This document shows, piece by piece, positions 16,107 to 28,226 of a stretch of DNA of 64,000 nt. Source of the stretch: Neoconidiobolus thromboides FSU 785 (taxonomy: Eukaryota; Fungi; Entomophthoromycota); NCBI GenBank assembly GCA_025603075.1, contig MU626278.1, forward strand, positions 1 to 64,000, given 5' to 3'. The translations under genes and the position numbers were made by a program. Every line of letters starts with the position of its first letter. Position 1 is the first letter of the stretch. The notes below the pieces were generated by a model. It worked only from the letters and a program-made list of their open reading frames with translations. It was not told the origin of the DNA and ran no database searches.

Positions 16107-17906
16107 ATGATAGTAAATACCATAGAAAGAAGGATCCTTGACCATGTATCAATATTAAGCATAAATGTCAAATTAACTATTAGCTATTTGAGGCAAAGTA
16201 AAGAGGTATTATATAGTCACAAACGTACATATAATAGCCACTATTTATGTTTTGGTTGCTATTATCTAAGGAAAGCAAGTATCAAGTCAACGTTGAATAG
16301 AGAGTCACAACTACTATTTATTAATTCGAGAAATTATTCAACTTTCAGTAATATAAAATACTTGTCGTATGACAAAGCAGCAGAATCAAGTGAGAAAATA
16401 CAAGAACTAATTAATAATGAAGATAGACTACTAAAGATAATAAACCCAATAATTAATCCCAAGCTTAACCTTGGCTCAATTTCAGAAAGCAAAGATGAAG
16501 ATATAAGGTTGATTAAATCAAAGCTATTATTAGGAATAACACCAACTATAGAGACCTTTAGAAAAGTAACATTCAATAAATTAATACAGAAAGAGTTTGA
16601 AACTTTATATGAGTTGATAGAAATTATATTAGAAACAAATATTAGAATAGAAAAAGATTTTTATGCAGAGATTTTTGAGCAATTATTAATAAACAACCTT
16701 CAAAAAGAGATAATCAAGCTGCTAACTTTTATTAAAGAAAGACAGCCTGAAATGGGATATCCTTTAAGTAATTGGGTGTTTGAGAAAGCAGTAAGTAACG
16801 GTAATATTGATTTAGGAAAAAAGTGTTTTAAATTTATGTTTTATAATGAATATTTAAGAAAGAATTCAAACCTTGATTTATTTTTGAAGTGTATAAATTT
16901 AGCTGATGCTCATCTTTTGCAGTATTGCCTAAGTCCATCTCAATTAAGGTATACATTCTCAAATTTTTCTATTAGGAATAATATGGAAGGTTTATTGAGT
17001 CTAGTCTCATTAACTTTCGCACTTGAAATTGATTTGGATTCAACTTATTATCTTATATTTCTTAAGCCCTTAATAAGCTATTCGCCCGAAATAGCTATAA
17101 AATTATTTGAACACCTAAAGACAAAATCAAACAGTAACTTGGATATTAAAGTTTATACAAACCTCATCGATGGAATATTGAGAAAATCAGAAAGTTTTGA
17201 AGTTGCCTATAAATTGATTGAAGAGATACCACCACAGCTAAAGACAATTAAAGTGGAGAGGACCATTTCAAATGTTTTGTTACAAGCTTATTTTCGTTAT
17301 TATGATATGGAAAGATGTCTTAATTTTTATAGTAATATGTTGGAGAGCCCTGGAACGGATATATATACGTATTCAATATTGTTTCAACGATTTTCTCATT
17401 ATAAGAAAGCAAATGTCAATCCTACCTATGAACCAAACCTTGATATGTTTAGAGAGGATATGAAGAAATACAATATAAGACCAAACGGTATCATCTACAA
17501 CATGTTAATCAAATGTTATTTGAAAATAAATTATTCAAAAGCATTGGAAATTCTGGATGAAAGGATAGCATGTGATTTTAAACCAGATGAGTATACATAC
17601 GCTATGTTTACAATTTATGCCTCAAAGGTTAAAAAGGACATATCTTTGACTTTATATTGGTTTGAGAAAATCATTGAAGCGGGCATGAAACCTATTCCAG
17701 AGGTAGTGACGGCTGTTTTGAATGTAATTAAGCGAGAACACGATATAGAAAGCGCCAAGTTAGTAAAAGATCTACTAAATAGGTGCAGATATAAACCAAG
17801 TTTAAGTGATCATATTGATAGATTTGTTTTTAACGTTGAAAATAATATCCCTCCAATTAATATTAAAAAGCCAAAAAAGAGGTGGTTAAAAGTTAATATT
17901 GGATAA
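16107..17906 (+). CDS. Pentatricopeptide-repeat protein, probably mitochondrial (intronless)
   Basis: PPR motifs DIKVYTNLIDG, DIYTYSILF, IRPNGIIYNMLIKCY, FKPDEYTYAMF, MKPIPEVVTAVL. Basic, hydroxylated N-terminus. Confidence 0.85.
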   Translation: MIVNTIERRILDHVSILSINVKLTISYLRQSKEVLYSHKRTYNSHYLCFGCYYLRKASIKSTLNRESQLLFINSRNYSTFSNIKYLSYDKAAESSEKIQELINNEDRLLKIINPIINPKLNLGSISESKDEDIRLIKSKLLLGITPTIETFRKVTFNKLIQKEFETLYELIEIILETNIRIEKDFYAEIFEQLLINNLQKEIIKLLTFIKERQPEMGYPLSNWVFEKAVSNGNIDLGKKCFKFMFYNEYLRKNSNLDLFLKCINLADAHLLQYCLSPSQLRYTFSNFSIRNNMEGLLSLVSLTFALEIDLDSTYYLIFLKPLISYSPEIAIKLFEHLKTKSNSNLDIKVYTNLIDGILRKSESFEVAYKLIEEIPPQLKTIKVERTISNVLLQAYFRYYDMERCLNFYSNMLESPGTDIYTYSILFQRFSHYKKANVNPTYEPNLDMFREDMKKYNIRPNGIIYNMLIKCYLKINYSKALEILDERIACDFKPDEYTYAMFTIYASKVKKDISLTLYWFEKIIEAGMKPIPEVVTAVLNVIKREHDIESAKLVKDLLNRCRYKPSLSDHIDRFVFNVENNIPPINIKKPKKRWLKVNIG

Positions 17907-18344
17907 AAATTAATAAAATTAAGTTAGAATTTATTTTTATGGTTTAGTTATTAGTTATTTTGATTCTATTAGACAGTATAATCTGTTAAAAACCATTTAT
18001 TTGATTTTAAATTTCATAAATATCGATGAATAACAACTTTAATAAAAATATTGACATTAAATATAACGCATCATCAGTAAGCTATTGGTTTGTTTTATAG
18101 ATAGCACTGCCTATAGTATGAATACGTTCAAAAAATGGCAGGATCTAATTACATTATATAACCCTCTAGTAAGTACCTTTGTTTTTATATTCGTTTTATG
18201 CTATACCTTATATGTTAGCTATAGTCATAATAGAGCATCATGAATTTAAAGCATTTCCTTTTATTTTTGATATTAAATGTATTTCATTTTAAAACTTGGC
18301 TCAAAAAAAGAACAATAGATACAAGCCAAAGTATTACCCTCGTT

Positions 18345-19164
18345 TTATTTATCGGATTTAAAAGGTTGTCTATCATAGTAACAAGGGTTGAATACTTTAT
18401 CCACTGCTTCTTCCGCTTTCCCTGGTTCTGAACAATGAGGATTATAGCTTATCGATAATATCGCTCTCCTTCTAACGCATTCCTGTTTAATTAGATAAAA
18501 TATAGAAAAAAAACTGACATCAAAATCATACCTGATGCTGTTTTTTTATTCTCAAATTACCTCTAAGAAATTCGTTGATCATCGAACAATCTTCACTCAC
18601 TGCTGCTGCTCTAATCTAATATTATGAAATTAATTGATGATATCTATATATATATATATCAATACTTCGGTACATGCGTTATGATAACAATTTTCATATT
18701 TGTAATTGAAATTCCACCTTATTATTAATAAAATTAACTAAATTTTAAAATAGGTACCAGTCATAAGCATGAACCAATTCATGAACTACTGTATTTTCAA
18801 TCTCGGCTTTAGATCTTATATTGTTTTGGCATATCAAAATCTTAAATGTTAATAGCTTAAAATAGGTACCTAAATAAAAATACCCCTTTGGAATCATCAA
18901 AATAACCAATTGCAGTGTCATTACAGGGCTCACACTTAAAATGAGAATCCTTCAAGTCGCAACCAGAAAGCTTCAATGAGTCTCTTATAATCTTTATCTT
19001 CGGGCCTTGAATATAAATAAACAAATAAAACAATGATAAAGCTTACTATTTTCTAATATTATTTTCTTTATCTTTTCGCATGACAGCCTCTCACTTTTAT
19101 TCTCTTTGCTTTTGTCTAAAATTGATTCATCACTGTTCCTGCTTAATCCATCTGGCTTGACCAT
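18345..19164 (-). CDS. ATP23: Mitochondrial inner-membrane metalloprotease ATP23, multi-exon
   Basis: Hand-spliced: MVKPDG...CEKIKKIILENSPKIK...CEPC...GYFD...ILICQNNI...TVVHELVHAYD (HExxH)...ECVRRRAILSI...CS...AEEAVDKVFNPCYYDRQPF*. Confidence 0.88.
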
Positions 19165-19585
19165 TTTTGTATTTTTTTATATACTGGATCCTTTAATTAT
19201 AACTATTTTAATTATAACTATCAATATATTAAATGTTAAAATTATCAATAAATCTAAAGAGAATAATAAATTAGTCGTTCGTTTTAAAATAGAAACAATT
19301 TCGGATCAAAATTAAAAATTGAAATACAAAAAGGCATTTTATTAAAGAATTTATCTACATAGCTTTCCAGGCAATCCTTATCATAGGCATTGGATTCCTT
19401 TATTTAAAAGGATATATTTATGACCTTAAAATGATATATAAAATTCTGTCTGCCATATAATTTTTTTTAAATTATGATTTTATATCAAATACTATATTTA
19501 ATAATTGGTGACATCACTCAGACCAAAGTAATATTGGTATTTAATTTTTAGACTCGAATTTTTTAGATTTATTTTTTGATTCAAC

Positions 19586-22500
19586 ATGAGTAGTCAAGGC
19601 CAAGAATATCAATATGATAGGCAATACATATCAAAAGACAGAAGGCCGCCTGATAACTCAAGAGGTCGATATCATGATGAGGATCAACCTTATAGGCCTT
19701 CGAGAAGCTACAATACCAATGAACAATTAGATCTAAGAAGTTCAATGAGGAGAGACAATTATCGAGGCGATTATAAACATGAAGATGAAGATAGATTCCA
19801 TTATAGTATACATGGCAATGACAGTCACAGTGCTTCTAGATATGAGAAAAATGACTCTAATATTGTTCCTAGAAGGAATCTAAGAGGTTATGAGGATGAG
19901 AACGAAAATTTATACCATTCCAAAAATTATGATAATCCAATGAATTTCCAAAGGAATACAAGGAACGAATACAGCAGACAAAACAATTTTGAGAGTCTTA
20001 AAAGCCAAAGGTCAGATACAAGAAGATTTAATGATAATGAGGATTATGAGAATAGATTAAATCATTATGATAAATACGATAATGGTTCAAATCGTAATAA
20101 AAATAACAATTATGAGAGACCAGACCGCGGATATAATTCTAGACAATATGGCTATGATGGCAGAGAGGATCCTAGAGGATACATTTATAATTCTAGAAAT
20201 GATGATTATAGTCCAAGAAGCAACAATAGTAATATTTTTATATTTCTATAACATTATACTAATTTTAAGGAGATAATAACTTTCGCTCTAGAAGAGATTT
20301 TGATGGTAATAAAAAGGATGGCTTCAGCACTGGCTACAACAGAAGCAGATTCGATTTAGGTGATCATAATGACAGACATGATTATAATAAAAATACCTCA
20401 TCACGTGGTTATAATGACGAAAGGCACATAAACAATAATGGAATGAGGCCTAATCGACCTTTTATATCAACTGCTGCTCCGAAATCAGGCTGGGCATCAT
20501 CTAGAAAAAGGTATGAATGGGACGAAGGCCAATCTGAGCTCAAAAGAGATGAAGCTCTTGAGGAGGACCTTTTTGGTGAAGAGAATCACGTTAATACTGG
20601 TATAAATTTCAAAGAGTATAAACAGGTGGATATAAAAGTTAAAGGAGAAAGTCCACCTCCAATCAAATTGGTAAAACGTTCATAACTTATTATATTTTTA
20701 ACTTCTATTTAGTTTAGCGACATTGACTTACATCCAAGTATTATGAATAATATTAAGTTAGCTAAATATGTGGAGCCCACTCCTGTTCAGGTATTTGGTA
20801 TTTTGTAATTTAAAATATATAAGTTTTTATTCCACAGGCATATACCATTCCCATTGTACTTGAAGGCTTAGATCTTATGGCATGTGCACAAACAGGTATA
20901 TTAGCTACTTATGCTGTGTTTGATTAACTGTTTTAGGATCCGGCAAAACTGCTGCATTTTTAATTCCAATATTGTCAAACTTATGTAAGAACCCACCATC
21001 AAATACTAGCGACGAAATCAAAGCTAACATCGTGAGTCAATGGTCTAAGTATGACAATGGGCCAAGGCGTACATCGGCGTGTGCAACACCTAGTGTCTTG
21101 ATAATTGCACCTACTAGAGAACTTTCTATCCAAATTTTTGAAGAAAGCTGCAGAGTACATTAATTTGGATTAATTTTAACTATACTAATTTTTTAAGTTT
21201 TCCTACTTGAGCAAAATGAGACCATGGTAAACCAATATGACACAACTTTAAAATCATTTAATTAGTATGTAGTTCAGTGTATGGAGGATCTTCTATCACG
21301 GAACAAAAAGCAGAGTTAGCCAGAGGGTGTAATATACTCACTGGAACCCCGGGAAGATTGAAAGATTTTATCACTCGACGCGTTGTATCCTTAAAAAATT
21401 TAAAGTAAGAAGTTACCATCACCTGTATATTGTTTAATATTTTTAGGTTTTTAGTAATTGATGAAGCAGATAGAATGCTTGAGATGGGGTTTGAAAATGA
21501 CCTTCGCGCCATTTTGGAAGGAGGTAAATAGCTATTTCTGTGATACAATTTATACTATATCAATGCAAATAGATTGTCCTAAGCCATCTGAACGTCAAAC
21601 TTTGTTGTTTTCTGCTACTTTTCCCAAGTCAATTCGACAATTGTGTAAAGATTTTATGAGAAAGTATCTATTCTTAGCTGTTGGAAGGTAAATTTAATCA
21701 TACTAATTTACTTTTCAACATTTAATATTTTTTAGAGTTGGTGGTACATCAAAAAATATTACCCAAAAAGTAACAACTTTATGTTTATTTAATGATTTAA
21801 TGATTTAATGATCTAATGATTTAGTTAGTATATGTTGAAGATAGAGATAAAAAGAAGGCACTTATGGATATTCTAATGAAAAGTAAACCTTGTAAAACTC
21901 TTATATTCTTAGAAACCAAAAGGGCAGCAGATACTTTGGATGACTATTTGTTTAACGAGGGTTTACCATGTACATCCATCCATGGGGATCGTACCCAAGC
22001 TGAAAGAGAAGATGCATTGTCAGCTTTCAAGTAAGAAATATTTTCTTTATATTGATAATTTACTAAAAGCTTTTAGAAACGATCAAACTCCGATATTAGT
22101 CGCAACTTCTGTTGCTGCAAGGGGGCTAGACATCAAAGATGTTAAGCACGTCATAAATTATGATTTATGTAGCACAATTGATGAGTATGTCCATAGAATT
22201 GGTAGAACTGCTCGTGCAGGAAATATCGGGACTGCCACTAGTTTTTTTAATTATAAAAATGAAGGTATTGCATATGATTTGGTAAAGCTTCTTATTGAGA
22301 CCAATCACGAAATTCCAGAATTCCTAAAGAAGTATGCACATAAGTATGCTTTACTATCTAAACTTATATATGGTGCTAACAATTACACTTTAGGATCTCG
22401 ACTCTTGTCGAAGAAGAAGAATATAATCCGAACGAAAAAGAATGGGAAAGTCCTTCAACTAAATTTGGTGAACGTTCCATAAATAATGATTATTATCAAA

Positions 22501-23270
22501 ACTATGGAGATAGACAAGGTCATGGAGATAAGCAAAACTACAGAGACAACAACAACTATGACATGCCAGATAATAGGGGTAATTATGGAGACTGGTCCAA
22601 ATCTAATGAGAATAGGAACAACGATTTTAACAGACATGGTGAATGGGGCGATAACAAAAATATAGATATCTCCCAAAAAGGTAATTGGGCACCTGCCCCT
22701 TCAGTCAAACACGTTGTTGATAATACTTGGAAAAAAGAACCAGATAACTTCAACCCAAATGCCAAACAAAGCGGAGAAGAGTGGGATCGCTTAAAGTCAT
22801 CAAACAATAATCAACATAGCTCTGAATGGAATCAAAAACAATCAGATCCTTATGATTCTTCAAGCAATTATAAGAACGAAGATTATGGGTCTCATAAATC
22901 TGAGCATAGATCAGATAGCTCATGGCATCCGAAACCTTTAGAATCAGTATCAAGTCATGGATATGATGAAGAGAAAGCAGACCATCAAGAATCATTAAGA
23001 AACATATTAAATAGTGAGTCACTTCCAAAATTAAAGGGAGGGGATAAAAGCCCAAGTAGCGAGCTAGTTGATCATGCTTCTACTCAAACACAAAAGAGTA
23101 TCCAAAACAAAAATGTAAATGTAAATAATGAGCTTGATAAATTGGCTCAAGATTTGGAAAACACTCACATTAATGGGGCTAATAAGAATGGTCAGAAAAA
23201 AGCTGATGATCTGCCAATTGAACAGAGGCCATCACCACAGATTAAAAGTTCATATAGTAGCGGGTGGTAA
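19586..23270 (+). CDS. DED1: DEAD-box RNA helicase of the Ded1/DDX3/Vasa group, with long disordered N- and C-terminal arms, multi-exon
   Basis: Q motif [12 protein letters not shown]|[54 protein letters not shown]. The [10 protein letters not shown]...Y segment before the core is typical of Ded1. Confidence 0.85.
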
Positions 23271-24235
23271 GGATACTACCTGCTTTCATTCTAAAAACTA
23301 ATACGGAAGTGTCTCTTTTTCGACTTATTCTTTTTCCTACCTTTTGGTAACTTAAATTTTGAAAATCGTTAGTTAAACCTTTAAAAAAAAGACGAACTCA
23401 AATCAATACCTTTTAAAGTTTTATCAGTAATGAAAAAATGCTCCATACTTTCAATGCCACCTATTTGGATGACTTTCATTTTGTTGTTTATATTATCAAA
23501 GTTTATTATTTTGTTTTTATAATGTTATTATTATGGAATCATTAATTCAAGTTTTTCCTTTAATATTGTTTAGATAAGATAGTTTATTGAAAGAACCCTT
23601 TAAATTTAATTACAAAGTTTAGTTATGTTACATCTAAAAATTTGAAATAACAAAACAAGCGTTATAAGCTATTAAAAATATTCTATAATTAATACAACTC
23701 TTTTTCAAAATTCTCAATAGCCTATTTAAGAGTAGAATCTAAGTATTAATCCTGCTAAAATATAAGGATTAGGCTTTAAAAAAATTTGTTAAATAAACAA
23801 GCTAACTGTAAAACCCCCTTCCCCACTAATTCTTTCTCAAAAGAGCTGGAACAATTTTATAGCTGCTATATTTTTTGCTTTATGATTGTTATATTTGTTA
23901 TATCTGAAACATATTTAGAGCTTACTAACAAGTTAGAATAAACTATAAACTTAGGAGTATCAAATATAATAAATTCATAAGCATTTATTATCGTTTAGTT
24001 ATTTTATATCTCAAAACCTTAATACATTGAGGAATCCCCAAAAACACTATGACCTTAAAATAAACAGACATACTTTAATCGTCATACCTTGTCCATTACT
24101 CTTTACTCTTCAATAATTAAATACAGTTTGAAACCTCAAAGTATAACAATCCATATCATTGAGTCAAGAAGTTAATGTTGCTATTTATAAATTAAAATAA
24201 ATAAACTTGAATTAAGTTATTTTTTATTTAATAAG

Positions 24236-24928
24236 TTAGTAGTATGGAGTAGCATTATTATATCCATTGAAGTTAGTACCAGCACCAATGACACCAAGTC
24301 CACTAGATGAACCATAATTATTAGAAGTGCCAATAGAGCCGGCACTGTTAGTAAGGATAGCAACATTGTTACCAGCATTGGTACCCGAATAAGGACCAAG
24401 GGATTGACCATAACTAGTACCTGAAGCAGTAACACCCGACGAGTTAATAGCATTACCTTGAGAAGCTTGGAAACTAGTAGAAGCACCAAAACCAGCGGTA
24501 CCCAAAGTGACACCAGATGTAGATCCAGAACCATAAGAAGCAGTGTTACCACCACCAGCATTACTACTTCCAGTACCAAAACTAGAACCCACATTAACAA
24601 TCCCATTGTCTCCAGTAGCTCCTGAAATGGCATTATTACCAGATGAAAACGCATTGCTATATGGGCTAGCAGTGCCTCCAGCTACATTGGAACTAGCACC
24701 AAAGGAGGAATTTGGCCCTGATGCAATACCAGCTGAATTACCAAAACTGGTACTAGTACCACTTCCTGCTGCTGAGCCAAAAGAGGAATAAATAGAGGCG
24801 CTTCCTCCATTAGTAATACCACCAATAGCACCTGAACCACTAACTTGAGATACAGAGTTATCTGGAACTGGGACAGCAAAGACAGAAGTCAATGCTAAGA
24901 CAATCATGAAAGGAACAGATTTAACCAT
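24236..24928 (-). CDS. Secreted Gly/Ser/Ala/Asn-rich low-complexity protein (230 aa)
   Basis: Signal peptide MVKSVPFMIVLALTSVFA followed by VPVP. The mature part has no Cys and almost no charged residues. Codon usage is coding-like. Confidence 0.8.
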   Translation of the reverse strand: MVKSVPFMIVLALTSVFAVPVPDNSVSQVSGSGAIGGITNGGSASIYSSFGSAAGSGTSTSFGNSAGIASGPNSSFGASSNVAGGTASPYSNAFSSGNNAISGATGDNGIVNVGSSFGTGSSNAGGGNTASYGSGSTSGVTLGTAGFGASTSFQASQGNAINSSGVTASGTSYGQSLGPYSGTNAGNNVAILTNSAGSIGTSNNYGSSSGLGVIGAGTNFNGYNNATPYY

Positions 24929-25377
24929 TTTATAGATTAGAGATATATTAATGAATATAAATTAAAGAGATAATATATTTGTTTGATGATAATCTTGAAT
25001 GTTGCTTCGTTCGTTTATATAGCATTTTTTCTCAGTTCTGTAAGCTTATAGTTTACTCTAGATAAGGCTTGATATTAAAAATAAGCTTTAATATTTTTGT
25101 GTATTAGGTGTCATAAGGGAATATCCTCACAAAGTTTTATTTGAATCCATTTTATTTTACTCCTTATTTCCCTGAACTTTTAATGTATTGAACTCCTAAA
25201 TTTAATCCATTTAACTAAACCTAGTGTTTTATAATTTATACTTTAACCCACCTTTGAAGGTAAAACTTTCTATTCGCTTTTTGGGTGCATGAAAAGTTTA
25301 ATTTTTTAATAAGTTAAAAATAAATTAAACTTAATATCAAATAAGGGGTATATTTACTATTTGGTTAGAATAGGTTG

Positions 25378-25518
25378 CAGTTAGGTGTCTTTTCCTGTTT
25401 TTAATTTGTATTCAATATTTTTTAATATGAACTCAAAAGTTGTAGATTTTGTTATATCCTTAAATTCATATTGAAAAATATTAAATACAAATTAAAAACA
25501 GCAAAAGGCATCTAACTG
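25378..25518. mobile_element. MITE family B (141 bp, 54-bp TIRs, CAG...CTG ends; Tc1/mariner-like)
   Basis: Left 25378-25431 CAGTTAGGTGTCTTTTCCTGTTTTTAATTTGTATTCAATATTTTTTAATATGAA pairs with right 25465-25518 at 5 mismatches in 54. TA follows the right end; TG precedes the left end. Confidence 0.8.
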
Positions 25519-25991
25519 TAAATTGCACTATATTATTTTTATTTCATTTGACATCTTATACAATTTGTGTTTTATTACGATTAGATATTTTAACAAGTTT
25601 AACGATTTTTGGGTACGATTAGTTTAAAATCTTGATATTTTATTAACTATTTCTGTAAATTAATGGCGTTAGTCCAGCCTAGCTTATTTAATTATACTTA
25701 AATTAATTTAAAATTCAAGAATTGACTAATAACGTTTAAATTTCAAGCTTAAAAAATGAAAATAACTGAAAAAATAATTCAGTATAAATTACATTGAATA
25801 AATTAATATCTATAAAACATTGTCTAATTTTTTAATATGAATATGAAAAAAAGAGAGATTACCTATTATACTTATTATTTTCTTGCTTCATAAAAACCAA
25901 TACCAGAAATACTTTTCAAATAAATAAACCTTTTATTTTATTGTTAATAATATATATATTAAACCAAGCTGATCTTAAAACAATTTAAATA

Positions 25992-26093
25992 TGAAGATGT
26001 ACTTTTATGTCTAAGAATTTTTTTACTAACAAATTCTCCGCTCAAATAACGCTTAAAAGATGGAAAAAGTAATGAAGTCAAAAAACACCCCCA
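25992..26093 (+). mobile_element. MITE family A, copy D
   Basis: ta|TGAAGATGTACTTTT...CCGCTCAAATAACGCTTAAAAGATGG...AAAAACACCCCCA|ta. Confidence 0.8.
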
Positions 26094-26508
26094 TATCAAA
26101 TAATTTTTTTATAGCTCTTGAATTGAGTTTAATGTTGTAAATGTAAAATGATAGAATAGTGAATCAAAGTTCTAATATAATCTTTTGTGTTTCATTATTA
26201 TTATTTAGTTAACTTGTAAAAATTTTGGTTATAAAAAAATTGAACTCTGGATTTAAATTAACTATTTAAATTAACTATTTAAAAAAAAATAGAATATTCA
26301 AATAATGATATTTAAATAATAAAATTAATGTATTTACAGTATTATAAATATTAGTATAAGTAATATTACAAATATTAGCATCATCATATAAAGGTAATTT
26401 AACTCATTAATTCGGTAGTTTCAAAATAGTATATTACATATTGACATATCAAATACCTTTTTAAAATCAATATAGTTTTTTGACCTAGTTCATCATAGCA
26501 TTTAACAT

Positions 26509-26606
26509 CAGGGATATATTTTTGTGTTTATGAATTTTATTAACAATTTTTCCACTCAAATAGGGTTTGAAAATCGAAAAAAGTAATGAAACCAAAAAAC
26601 ATTCTT
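26509..26606 (+). mobile_element. MITE family A, copy E (diverged)
   Basis: CAGGGATATATTTTTGTG...CCACTCAAATAGGGTTTG...AAGTAATGAAACCAAAAAACATTC. Confidence 0.7.
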
Positions 26607-28226
26607 ATTAAAAGTTATTTTTATTTTTATTTTTGCAACTTTATCTTTATTTCTAATTAAATTATTGTTCAATAGTATTATTATCTTAATCTTAAGGCCA
26701 AGCTATATACATTTATAATAAATATAGTTTAAATAACAATTAATCAACGGATAGTTTGTATTCGGTACATTCATATCGACTCATATTTATTTAATCGTCT
26801 GGCTATAGGTTATAAATAAAAGATAACAAAACAATAAAAAGAGATTAAGATTTTTACTTGCATATTCTATCATTTATTAATAGCATTTTAATTATAAATT
26901 GAATTTAAATTAAACATTTTAAATTAATATAGTTTGAATAATAAAATATCAACTGATAACTCATATTGAAATCCATTCATTATCAAGTTATATTTTTATT
27001 ATCGGGTGATTATTGATAAAAAAACATATAAAGAATACTTCAATTTTTATTATATTTATTGCTTATTAAATAGCATTTTAATTTTAATTTGAAGGTCAAA
27101 CTAGAAACATTTCCAATAGACATAGTTTGAATAATGAATAAGGGTTAATAGGCTGATTGTTGATGTTCAGTATATCTATGTAGAATATATTCATTAATGA
27201 GTCACATTCAATATAAAAACAGTTGATAACAAATACTCAAGAAGCTAACAAAAGGATAATAAAACATGAGTTCTATATAACAATATAAAAAAAATTTAAA
27301 GTGCTGTTTTAGTCAATAGGAATTTTAAATTTAGTAACTGAATAGAAGATAAGTGAATAACTTACATCTGGATTACTAAATTAAGGATATTACAATCATA
27401 TTTAAATGAATAAAAATTCATTAAAAAGATTTCAAGTGGTTTGTACCGAGCTTTGAAATAAGATGGGGTGGTGGGGTAAAAATGAAAGCTCATGCTTTCT
27501 ATATTAAGCTTGTATTTTCAGATGTAATCTTCAATGGTGAAAAAATAAGGCATAGTCGATATTTGATATTTATATTAGTAAATAAATTAAACTAAAAACT
27601 AATCGAAACAAAAAAGCTATTAATAATTCATGTAATAATTTATTTATAAATTTTAATTACTATTCGCAGTAAGAATAAAAGAATAAAAGAATAAAGAGTA
27701 GCCAATAAAGAATAAATTATTACCTTCTAATAATAATTTGTCCACTCTCAAGAATAAAAAATATTAAAAATAGCGTCATCTTTAATGGAAAAGAGCCAAT
27801 GTTACTCATGATCTTATGCAGATTTGGTTTTTTAGCCCTGAAAATTTAACCACACTGTTTAAGTTATTTTCCATAAGTTCATATGTTTTTTTATCACTTA
27901 GTTTTAAACCAATCAGTTTTTAAATTCTAGATTGTACTTCAGGTTTGTAGAATGTCTAATTTAATTTGTGTGGATCTTATTGGAAGTTTTTATTTATAAG
28001 TTCTAATCAGTATTTCAAATTTTAAACTAAAAAAAGTCCCTGTTTAAAAAAGCGTTAGAAATTAAAAAATAAACAGGGTGCAGATTAGAGTCAATTAACT
28101 TATTAAAATAATCTAACTTTTTTTAAAATTGCTTTTTTAATCGTTTTTTTAATTTTATTTTAAAAATCAACTCTTTCAATATTCAATTAAATTGACTTTA
28201 AAAACAATCAATATACGTATTTAACA

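Noticed and set aside
24217-24879. Alternative-frame ORFs over the secreted protein (24217-24654, 24543-24791, 24682-24879)
   Set aside because: By-products of biased codon usage in a Gly/Ser-rich gene.
27461-27480. GGGGTGGTGGGG as a CreA/Mig1-type site upstream of the alpha-arrestin
   Set aside because: A single short motif ~750 bp upstream cannot be supported without conservation data.
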